In this document: positions 27,201-38,554 of the stretch, one piece after another
Position numbering within the stretch: position 1 is the first letter of the stretch
How the letters are laid out: each line of letters starts with the position of its first letter
DNA from: Bugula neritina
Lineage: Eukaryota > Animalia > Bryozoa
Assembly: GCA_964035545.1 (NCBI GenBank)
Contig: OZ037769.1
Span: 8,785,929 to 8,849,928 of the forward strand
Direction of reading: 5' to 3'
Length of the DNA: 64,000 nt
The notes under the pieces: model-generated
Seen by the model: only the letters and a program-made list of their open reading frames with translations
The model's database searches: none
What the model was told of the DNA's origin: nothing
Program-made: the position numbers and the translations under genes

Positions 27201-30200
27201 TTTAAAAGGCTTTGTAAATCTCAAAGTTACCAACTATGAGCATAAAAAGCTTTACCTGTGAGTGAAATGCCCACTTATTCTTTGTGCGCAACATGCTCCT
27301 TTTTCTAGTCACTACGGTGGGGTGTCCAGCTATGAGCTCGAAGTCTGGCCAGACATAGTCGTCGTAGTCTGTCTGGTACTGCAACAGGCTGACTATTTGG
27401 AGCTGGTGTGATGCCAACAGATCAGTGATGATGTGGCGAATGTATCCCGGGTTGCCTTGGGTTTTTTCCATTAGTAATCTAAAGAGAAATAAGTTGACAA
27501 CTCTTAAATTAATAATGAGAATTATCATAATACTGTGGTGGTAGTGCATTGACCTATGTGTAATCTTCTAAAATACTACAAATTAATCAAATTTAAGCAT
27601 TTATTCTTTAAATTTCTTATAAAATTTTTAATGAAAGTACTAAAATAAAATTAGCTTACTGTTCCAATTCAACAGGTATTGCAGAGACATTGATCATTTG
27701 ACAAGCAACAATCGCAAGAACGTCGGGTGGCAAAGACTCCACTCGGCATCTGTGTAAAGTAGGCAACTCTAGAAATTCGTCGATGTAGTCCACAGGAGTT
27801 GATTTCTCATAGTTCATCATAGCTAAAATAGTTGAGCTAACAGTAGATGTATGTGAGATCACGGTAGCTTATATATAACAGTAAATGTACCATAGCAGTT
27901 GCTAGACAAGCAGCTAATAATTTATATGCTTAAACTTTGCTTTGATAAAATAGAAAACCATTGATTTTTATAGAATACTATGTATTGCACGTTTTTAATT
28001 TCAATTAGCTTTTTTATTCATTTTGTTACTCGCAGCACAGCCAGCAAGTCGGGCTTTGTACAGCTATATTCAACTGTGCAGATGTAAAGTTATCAGAAAA
28101 TAACAGAATACAAAATGACAATTGCTCATTTACACTGCCATGTGCAAGAATATGTTTGTCACTAAAAGCAAAATAATTTTTAAAGAGCATGAATGCTTTC
28201 AAAGTTATTGAATGAGAGGAGTTGAAGTCTTACACATGACCACTAAGACATCGGATCTTCCACCGAGCAGCTGTATAAACTTCCAGGACATGCCGTCCAT
28301 ATGTTCAGCTTCATCAATTATGAGCACATAGAACTTCTTCTGTTGCTCCATCACCTAAAATATAAAATTTTCACTGAGCTCTAAAGAAGTCGTATCTACC
28401 GGTATTGGAGACCTCAGGTGAACTTAGAAGAGCTGTATCACTTAGTCGCATTAGAGATTAGGAAAACTAAATTCAGCAAGGGTGATCCACAAGGCAGTGA
28501 AGCTTGATGCTTATTGGGCAGAGCACTATAAATTTAAAGTAAATGGCTGGACCAAAGCTCAAGATTGAAAAAATTATCGACAGCTTGTTAAATGCCATCT
28601 TTTATCTTTGGTTATGAAATGATAACTGTAAATCATTCATTGCTCTTACATTTTAAACACATATTATAGGCCTACTATATTTTTCATCTTTTATTTGTAC
28701 CTATACTACTAACTTCAATAACAATTAAAGCTGAAAACTTTGAGTGGCACCATTTGCCATACAGTCTTTTTAAAAAGGTAATATTTGATAACAATTGTTT
28801 TTAATAAATTAATGATAAAACTACTCTGAAAGCTTTTGAAACGCTTTCTCTTAATTTTATGAATAAAGATAAATATATACAAGATCACAATTTACTTTGA
28901 AAATGAACTGTGTTTTTGAGGCAGAAAATAAATCACATGTTACCAGATTGAAGACACTCTCCAGGACTTGTAGGACTACTTCACTATCTTCATCATCTAC
29001 AGAGGTGAGGGGCTCAGCCCGTGATTCCTCTATATGATTTGCCAGGATCAGCATATCTTCCAGACATTTGATGATCCCATTAACCTCTTCTCTGTCGTAC
29101 TCCTACACAGTGTTACAATCAACTACAGAACCTGGTACACTCAACTGTAGAACATGTTACAATCAGTGGTCATAGTTGGAGGGTATGCATGGGTATATCC
29201 TAATAACTATCTTACACAGTGTCGCACTCAACTACAGAATATGTCACATTATATTACATGACGTGATGACGGCTAAAATATTATAAACAAAATACTGTCT
29301 GTGTTCGCTGAATTAAGTACTATTATTAGAAACTTTGAACCCGTGATCAGTTTAATCATATCTCTAGTTTTTAAACTTTCTTACCAGAAGCAAAAGACTT
29401 CTAAGCACTTTTAGTCTTTCCTTAGCTTTACCGTCTTCATATGGTAGTTTAAGTAGACTCGCTAATATAGTCCTGATTCCTAAGCAGGACCTACAACCAT
29501 TTGCTATATCAATTGTTATCGTATCATTAGCTATCTTGTATATATGACAAGTGATGCTTGGAATAATGTGTGTTATAAATATATATACTAGCCACTAGTT
29601 GAAATAAAAATCTCTCATACATTAAGTGAATTAAGATATACAAAAATATTTTTTATAAAGTTGAATTTCTAGCAAACAATTGTGGTCTAAAAATGGTTGG
29701 CTCTTATATTTAACCAAATTCTTTTTAATCCTCAGTTTTGCTAAAAATCATGAACCTAAGATCTATAATCAACATGTAGCACATTTGCATTTAATTGTAT
29801 TTATATGAGCTGAGTCAGAATAAGAAAACAATATATTTAAGGCTGATGAATAATGCTTAATAGAATGCTATTTAGAGCCAACAAGAAAGTAGCCCTTTTC
29901 TTCAACACTTTTTAATCTAATAAAAAGATGCATGTAGGCCTTGTATTCATTCATATCACCTGTATAGATCATTGCTGGTCATAGTAAAGTCCGTAGCCAT
30001 GAGATCTTTTGTTTTCCCTGCTATAGTTGCAATCTCAGACAGCAGTCGAGTGGTTCCAGAGTCCAGAGCTCCTTCATACAGCAACAAGTTCTTCTTTGGA
30101 GCCGAGTCTAGATCTGTGGCAATGTTAGATGTTGTTGATGTTGTGCCTTCTATTGCTTGAGAATCATCTTTGGCTATTTCCTTCAAACTGCTAGCTGTCT

Positions 30201-33200
30201 TCTCAACATTGTGTTTGGCAGTGATTAAAGAATGCACAGTTTCGTTGTAGAGTTCAATTTCTCTATACAAGTATTATGCAGCATATACATTTCAAATTGT
30301 AAATTAGTATACATACTAATTTACAATTTATAATTTGTATAATTTAAGTTCTAGCAGTTACTTTACCAAATGAGAAAGAGCAAAGGGGTTTAAATTCATT
30401 GAATGCAAATTATTTATGCTACCACTATATTATTTTGTTATAGGTACTAAGACTATAAACAAGAAAATATTATACTCAAAAGTAGATTATGCAAGAGTGT
30501 TTGAATTGTGTTTTAATCCAATATATATCAACAAGGAAACTGCAAATTACCTAGCTGTACAATGAGTCTAACAACACCATTGTGTCATGCATTGTACAAA
30601 ATGTTCTCTCATATTATTTAATACTAACTTCTCCCTGGCTACCATTGGTTTCTTAGACCTGGACAGAGGCGTAGCTAAAAAGCTAATGTGGGTAGAGTCT
30701 TCTGTATACTCTCTGATGACACCAACATCAGTGAGACCTTTGAGCTCTTTAACCGGCACATCTCTGAAATGGTGCTGCCGCAGCCTTGAGTGTGAGTATG
30801 TCTCATTGTCGCATGAAACCATTCCTTTTCAAAATATGTGAGAAGTAGTTTATTTAATACTATTTAAAGTTTACAACTATTGCTGTATTTTAATAGTGTG
30901 AATTCTAGACACAGTTCGCTAAGTAATTTAGTAAAAGTGTAAGTATTAACTGGTATTTGCATATTGGTTGTGGCTGACTAAACAATTTAAGATCAAAAAG
31001 TCTCAAAAGTGTCTAAATAGCCAGATGGCAAAATGCAAAACCCTAATTTTTACCAAGTATGATTTTAAAAGCATAACTGCTGACAATGATAGGAAAGAAA
31101 TTCAGTAGCTATTAGCAAATTTGAAGTGCATATGGCAGTCACTTACTAACTAAGATAGAAAGATGCTTCAACTTTATTATAATTTACTTATAAGATATGC
31201 AGAAGAATCTGTTCTCTATAATATAAGGCAAGTTGCCAGGCCCAGGGTAGTGACATGGCAAGTAACATATTGTGCACGCATGTAGTTTATTAAGCGTTAT
31301 GTATATTAATAGAGAGTTGGCATATTGCAAGCAGCATCTCTAACTTAGTTAAAACTTTAATTATAAATTGGTGCAAACTTTATCAATTAATTGATCAACC
31401 AACATTAGCAAAATGATTAAAATAATTAAAATATAACAAAAAAAATAAATAGTTCCTATTTGTGCATATATCAAACTTTACACACATTACAAAAGCCAAC
31501 TGTGGTAAATGCTATACGTTATATGTACCAGGGTAGTAACTCTACACACACTCTAACTGTAGTAAATGCTATGCTTTATACTAATTACCAGGATAGTAAG
31601 TCATGAGACGAGCAGCCATGTTCACCATTTTGCCGATTACGGTGTACTCGTGTCTGTATTCATGCCCCACAACCCCGCAGAAGGTGTGGCCAGTTGTGAC
31701 ACCCGCAGATGAGACCTTGACCTCATGCAGCTCGGCCAGTTTCTCTCTGATCTTGTAGGCACACTGCACGGCATGCTTGCAGTCGTACGAGTCTTTCTTG
31801 CCTGGCAGGCCAAATATTATTAGGAAAGAGCAGCCCTAGAAAACATAATTGACCTGCATATGCTGTGGTTTCAACTGTTAATATCTATGCAACCAGAGTA
31901 TATATATTAGATGAAGTAACATCAAATATCAGTTTATTTTAGATTAGTAGGCCTCATGATACAGTAGAAGCCACTATATCATGAAACCTGGTAAAGGTCA
32001 GCAGGCATACATGCAAATGACAACTTATTCTAATTAGGTTCCACTGTGACTCCTATAATACAGCCAAAAGATGATATTATGTTTTGATTATACAAAATAC
32101 ACCCAGCAACTTTACACAGTAAAACCCTTATCATATTTCTTAGAAAAACTATTATTTGCTTGGCAATATTAACATTTATCATTATATGAGTTTATTCTAA
32201 ATAATGACTGCTTACTCTACATCTCATTATCTCTTAGATGGAACTGGAAACTTACATGTTTGATATATCATAGAGTTGTTTCCTCTACTTATATCTATTG
32301 GTATTTTATTGTTAGGTCAAGAAAAATAAGCTATTAACATCAACCAATGTAAATCCAACAAGACTAGATGTAAAATGAGTTTAATTGTATCTATAGCATA
32401 TAAGGAAAGAAATCACCTGTAGTATTATAAGCACATCTATAATATGCCAAAATATTGTTGAACCTTTAATAATTATTCTATGTTGTATATGCACTTGGCA
32501 AAGTTTCAATACTTTCAATACAAGCCAGCCTACCTTATCAAACATGACTACTTTGTTTAAACTGGCTTTATATATTTCTAGTTCAACATCGATCACTTCA
32601 TATGCCTTCTGTAAGATGTCACATTGCATGCTAGCCTTGAGATCATCACTGACTAGCAGGAGATTTATGAAAGCTATGGTACACGGTCTAATTTCTGAGT
32701 GGTATTCTACTCCTTGACCAGCCTCTAGCTGTGTTGAAAATTAAAAATGCAGCAGATTATTGAAATATAAAAGTAACGGCAGTTAGTGATTAGTAGACAT
32801 CTTTAATTTAGAATAATATATTTGCATGTATGATTTCTATATATATATCAGTTTACATTTAATCTAAATAATATAAAATAATTTGTAATATTTTCTTAGG
32901 ATTGACTAGTAAAAATTTTTCAACAAATAAAATGCTGAAGACTGGCAAACTAAAAATATGATTAAAATAAAGATGGAGTTGTCTCCTCTAAGAAAGTGTA
33001 CCAGCTAGATTGTGTTGAACTTTTTTTTAAATATTTTAGTGTTTTTAGCATTATTTGTCGATTTGCAAAAAAAATTCAAAAAAAGAAAGCAGGTTTTCAA
33101 TAGACTATAGACTTAAACTAAAAAAATTCTATTTGCAGCCTTGTTTTTACAGTTTGTAAAGATTGATGACTATCTCAACCAGGGTATCATTGGTTATATT

Positions 33201-36200
33201 CACAGTTTTCAATAATGGCGAATACCAATTTCGTTACTTTCCTTACCTTATCTAACACTATGTCTGTAACATATTTACTAAGTGTCTCATTCAGATGTAT
33301 GCCAGTTTCAAAGGCTGCCTTTCGATACACTTCCCCTAAATTACATTGTGAGTTTAGACAAGCATAACAGTATATCACTTCCCCTAAATTACATTGTGAG
33401 TTTAGACAAGCACAACAGTATATCACTTCCCCTAAATTACGTTGTGAGTTTAGACTAGCAGAACAGTATATCACTTCCCCTAAATTACATTGTGAGTTTA
33501 GACTAGCATAATAGTATATTACTTCCCCTAAATTACATTGTGAGTTTAGACAAGCATAACAGTATATCACTTCCCCTAAATTACATTGTGAGTTTAGACT
33601 AGCATAACAGTATATCACTTCCCCTAAATTACATTGTGAATTTAGACTTGCATAACAGTACATCACTTCCCCTAAATTACATTGCAAATTCAAACACACA
33701 GTATTTCAGTAACTGTAGCAGTATGCAACTCTGCAGTGTAATTATACTACAATGAAGATTCTGAAAGCCCCAAATAATATATTTAAGTATAGAAAATGTT
33801 TATTCACCTTTTCTCTAATACATAGTGGAGGTACACAAGTTTGATTATACATTTTAGATAAGCAAAGCCACAATTTATTATCAAATGCCAAATGGTCCAT
33901 TAACAGAAACTTGTATCTTAACATTCACAATTATGCAGATATTTTCAGCCTGATATCAATTATTGAGTTGAAAGTCACCTTTAGATGTCACTGCTGCTTC
34001 TTCTCCCGTGTAATCATACCCACGGGGCATGTCCCCAGAGCCCCCTAGTTGTAAGCTTGTTTTGTCGAGTTGCTCTTGCTTGACTATGCCTGTTATCTAC
34101 ACCAAAATTATGGAGATTGCTATTCAAACAATATGAATTTATTCTTTTGATAAACGAGTTTCTTATAACTAAACTGAAATCGTTAAAATATGCTGTAAAA
34201 ATACTACTTCAAATTGTAATGAATGTTGCATATAAGAATATTGTTTACAGTTAATTCTCATGCAGGTGTTACTGCTATAAACAGCTCACCTTTGCGTGTT
34301 TGCCATCTTCCAGCATAGTATATGAATAGTCTTTTTCTACGCAGTAACTCCACATATAAGGAGACACAATGATGTCCCCAGACTTGCTAAGGGCCTCAGC
34401 GTCTTTAGCGTCCTTTACCGCTGCTCCACTTTCACAGAAAAAGTAGCGGTTGTGGTTTCCAAAAACAAAGAAGTACATTTTACCCAAAGACAGAGCTAAA
34501 AAATACAGAATAATAATTTGGATAACTAAAGGTTTTTTATTGTGTCTTGCAAGAATACAATTTTCAGTGGCAAAGCTATACAAGTTATATCTGTGCTTCT
34601 ATAGCATATTCAATGCATGAAAGCCCTGTTGTGTAAATAATACTATTGCATGCATATGTTACAGAAACATGCCTTTATATTTTCAAGTAATAACCAGAAT
34701 TTTTCTTATGGATTACAACATTTGCAAATTATTTCATGCCATTATGCTCAGATGTTATTGGTTAATTTGCGCTGGTGTTGCACTAGCCGCTATGCTAGAA
34801 AATTCTGTCTATTCATTTTATTTCATAGATCTTTTTTATATGAATTATTAATTTAAAAATTAGATTTCTTTAATAATGCATTACAGTTAGAAAATAAAAC
34901 CAAAATTAAAATATTTGGATATTAATTTCTCAGGTTATGTAATAACTCGAGTATAGTACTTTATACAAGAATGATTGTGCTGCGTGCAAGCTATATCAGT
35001 ACTAGACAGCAATCGTGATGTCACTTGCAGTTTAGTACCTACACTTTGCTGATTGAATAATTTTAATTGACAACTGACTTCTTCAAGTACAAATTTTACC
35101 GAGTAAAACATTGTACACTACATATCATATACACTGCATCTTTTTAACTTTCTATCAGCTTTTTTTGAAGATTCTACTGAAATTTAGCATATATAATACT
35201 AATCAGTTTGCCACTCAGCGTGCTAATTTTGGGTTCATCACACTCAGTACCTCAACTTTGCAGCTCTATATATGTTGTACCTAGCATATGTTGGTTAAGA
35301 CTACAATTTGAGCTACAGCTAAACTTAAGTGTGTTAATTTTAATTTTAATCAAGTAATACGAGTATAAACCAATAAGTAATAAGTTCAATAAGCAAATGC
35401 TACATTCAATGAACAATATATAATGAAGAGATATAGGTCTTCTACAATACAGATTTGGTTCTGATTGAGTCATAACTTTCAGCCATGAAATATTCTATTT
35501 TGTTTCAAACATAAAAAATTTGGTGCTGGAAGACAATACACAACAACCCCAAGCTTTAATAATCAAGATTGCTTGTCTGGCACTGCTTGACAAATCAAAA
35601 ATTAAATTGTAACTGTAACTCAACTTGTATGTACGGATCAAAGACTAAATAGAACATGACTATATAATTTGCAACACCTGGCCTATGATTTGGCTACCTA
35701 TTTTCACTCTGAGGGTAGTAAGGCCTTCTGCATTGTATGTGCCATATTTGGACTGGATGTTACAGCTGCATTCTATCACCGACTTGACAAGTCTCAGCAA
35801 GTGGTCATAATCGTTTATCTTCCAAAATGCCAATATGGCGTCTCCTGCAAACTTCAGCACATCTCCTTTTATTCTTAGCACCTCTTCAATCATGGCTCCC
35901 ATGTAATCATTCAAAATGGCTGTCAGCTGATCTGATCCAGCAACCCCATTGGCACTGCATTTCTCACTCAGGTCAGTAAAGCCTGAGATACAGACATGAA
36001 GAAAGACAAGGTTACTAGGAAGTACCAGGCTGTATGTTTATGTTGCTTGTATACACAAATCAAATCTTAAGACTAATGCTGTTCATTACATGGTGAATAA
36101 TTATAGCTATATATTAATATTATTATACTTAAAATAACAATAATAATACTATTATAACGTAAAAAAATAAAATAATCACTATTATAATTTGAATACTATT

Positions 36201-36899
36201 AGAATAAATAAACCAAATTAATAAATTATCGTTATGAATTAAATAAGCTTTCAATAATATAATAGCGGTCTTGTTATTAAAAATTACACTTGATTGTTTA
36301 AAAAATAAACTCAGGTTTTCTGTAGCAAGCTGTTGCATATCTGAAATTGGCTGACGCTCCAAACTTTATATAAGAAATTCGTTTTTACTGCTAATGAAAG
36401 GGCTGTGTTTTTTAGTCAAATCAATTCCAAGATTAACAAATTAAACATTTCAATCTAATTCACATTTAGCGTGAATATGTTTAAATGTATTATTACATGC
36501 TATACATTGTGACTGAGTCTGTACCAACCAGAAATATCTAGGAACATGATAACTCCGGAGAGTTGTCTGACAAAAGGGGGCGTGGCAGAGAGATTTTGGT
36601 TCAGAATGAGGTCAGGCAAATGAGCGGCCAGCTGGTTCAACTCTTTGTCGTCCAACTCACCACCGCCATCTGTGGATCGGCGGTGGTGCTTTCTATGTCT
36701 GGCTGAGTGAACCAGATCATCAGTTGTAGAAGTTACCAGTAGATCAACTGTGAGCACAGATTACACTTGTTTTTTATAATGCCAGATATTAAAATACAAT
36801 ATATCATTCTCTTTAATTTCAAATTTGATCAATCAACAATTTATCATTTTTGATTAAAAGTTTGAAATTATGTTGGCACTTCTTACCTGGAATATCCAT
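12211..36899 (-). CDS. ADCY10: Soluble (bicarbonate-type) adenylyl cyclase, ADCY10/sAC-like, multi-exon (~34 coding exons, ~1807 aa)
   Basis: Manually spliced, phase-consistent GT-AG exons (- strand): 36899-36887, 36747-36529, 35982-35698, 34495-34290, 34096-33979, 33335-33247, 32728-32534, 31835-31589, 30824-30629, 30262-29960, 29490-29385, 29102-28944, 28354-28234, 27867-27660, 27478-27256, 26699-26600, 26196-26003, 25294-25215, 24586-24493, 23882-23694, 23346-23244, 22823-22764, 22240-22112, 21511-21334, 20647-20503, 19946-19794, 18975-18791, ~18367-18050, 17776-17643, 17218-17116, 16843-16746, 15992-15889, 15674-15453, 12357-12211 (TGA). sAC motifs: C1 MFLDISGFTDLSE and GDVLKFAGDA; C2 SEIRPCTIAFINL, MFDKGCSFLIIFGLPG, FCGVVGH..RHEYTVIGKMVNMAARLM; STAND-type NTPase region (YEGALDSGTT, VLIIDEAEHMD, GNPGY, IDQLTPSEQLVLKCASVIG, NHLMRDTVY) and helical C-terminus. 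The first micro-exon and some C-terminal boundaries are less certain. Confidence 0.93.
12620..15456 (-). repeat. ~37-39-bp minisatellite (~75 units) filling the last sAC intron; unit contains the 5' splice site
   Basis: + strand unit GACCTTGATAGACTATATATACTCTATATAATATACA. The - strand reads CAAG|GTCTGTATATTATA, matching the exon donor at 15453/15452. Confidence 0.96.
18408..18749. mobile_element. PIF/Harbinger-type MITE (342 bp) in sAC intron
   Basis: ~70-bp TIRs GCCTAGGGCCAC..TTTTCGCATGCGAAAATTGAAATCACAAGTAGCAAAGGTGTCCACTGT. TAA TSD at 18405-18407 and 18750-18752. Confidence 0.88.
21911..22050 (+). mobile_element. tRNA-derived SINE-like relic in sAC intron
   Basis: A-box-like TGGTCTAGGGGTTAGAGCG and B-box-like GGGTTAGAGCCC, followed by a non-tRNA body; no intact cloverleaf evident. 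Confidence 0.5.
33326..33690 (-). repeat. 48-bp minisatellite (8 acceptor copies) spanning a sAC 3' splice site
   Basis: CCCCTAAAT at 33333, 33381, 33429, 33477, 33525, 33573, 33621, 33669; - strand TTTAG|GGGAAGTG. Confidence 0.96.
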
Positions 36900-38554
36900 A
36901 TCTATCACTAGTATAAATATCAATAGTATAGTATGTTACATGATACTGCATATATCTTTGAACGTACAGCCTTAGATGTGGTGGTATTGTTGAACTCAAC
37001 TCCTTTGTACAGTTATATCAAGTATTATATTGCTATTGTTGTTAGGATGCATGAGAGCCAAAACACAAGTCTGATACTTATAGAATTTTCATCAATCTAG
37101 TAGATACATGCAGCCCATATCTTTCCATAATAACTTACCTAAGTGCAACAAACAGAGTGAATGTTTGTTGTTCTCATGTTCTGACTTCAACCTGTATAAA
37201 ACATGTGTGTGCATGTGTGTGCGCGTGTGTGTTTTAGCCTACACAACATTAACACCAGAATTGAAATACTATATTACTATGCACACACACAAGCATGCAA
37301 ACATACACACATGCATACACATATACACACAATTTCTACAAGTTGCCCTTTTGTATTGTTCTACACTTTGCTCATTTTAGAATATACTCAGTTAACTCTT
37401 AGTTTTGTACTTTTCTTTGTAGTACACATAGAAGTTATTAAATGTTCACTAATTAAAATACAACATATTTTTATACCATTTAATTAAGCAGCAGGAAATC
37501 TTTGCACTTCCTTGGACATGCACTACGATTTATCTTATAAATTTATTCATGAATATCCATTCTTCTGCTGTCTGAATCCAACTGACCCGCTGAACTGTTG
37601 GCCATGGACTGCTTACTTTAATAGAAATAGCTACTGGCTCCTGATAGCTATTTGAAATAGCTTTTTCTCCATTAGCCAAGGCAGAGGTAGTCCAGGCATG
37701 CTCAATCCCGTTTATGATAGCTACTGCGAGCTAAACTCCACATGCTATTTAAATAGAATTTAATTACACTCTTAGATAGTTGCAGCAAATACATCAGAAT
37801 TAACTGTAACAAACAATCATACATACCTTTATATTGTGTTTATAGAAGTGTGTTGTAATCTAGTCAGTGGAGACTTATTCATTTAGTAAGTACCTCTATA
37901 AGCATAGTGTAGGTATACACTACAGTATATAGTCTACATGTACACTGAAGGATTGGCTAAAATTCTGTCTGAGAGATAGGAAACTAGCAACATAATTTTG
38001 CAACTGAATTCCAATCTCATCAAATAGGCTACTATTTATAAATGGCTCAATAACAGCAGTTATTTGAGGTGGTTTATGCTGATTTGCTTAGCTAGAATGT
38101 GTAGTCTGAGAACCCGCTGTGAAGGTCCAAAGCTTTTGTCCCATGAACCCTAAGCTGTGCTTCAGTTTTCACACCGGATATATGCATAGAAACAATCACT
38201 GTATTAAGAGCTATATTTCAAAGCTATTAATATCATAGAGTAGTACCTGAAAAATCTATCACATGGTGCCTGCATCTATTTTGTCCTAGTAAACTATGTA
38301 TGACGTCAGATTCCTCAACCCTGTGACATACGTGTTTGTTATTAGCAATGATTGTCTTGTTATTGCAGAGTGAATCGTTTGACAAGACACGCTTGAATAG
38401 AAACACTAATTTATTTGTCAGGAGCCACGGGCTGTAATCCAGTGAATTTATTAGCAAGTAAATGATTAACACTTTTACTAGTTGCAGATATGTACTGTGA
38501 GACAAATGATGAAAGTAAATGGTATTGAATTCTATGGCTTACTAGTGCTACACT
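36900..38554. promoter_or_regulatory. Short divergent intergenic region between the sAC and GPCR start codons (candidate shared promoter/5' UTRs)
   Basis: ATG at 36899 (-) and ATG at 38555 (+) are 1.65 kb apart. TGACGTCA (canonical CRE) at 38301-38308. TSSs not determined. Confidence 0.4.
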
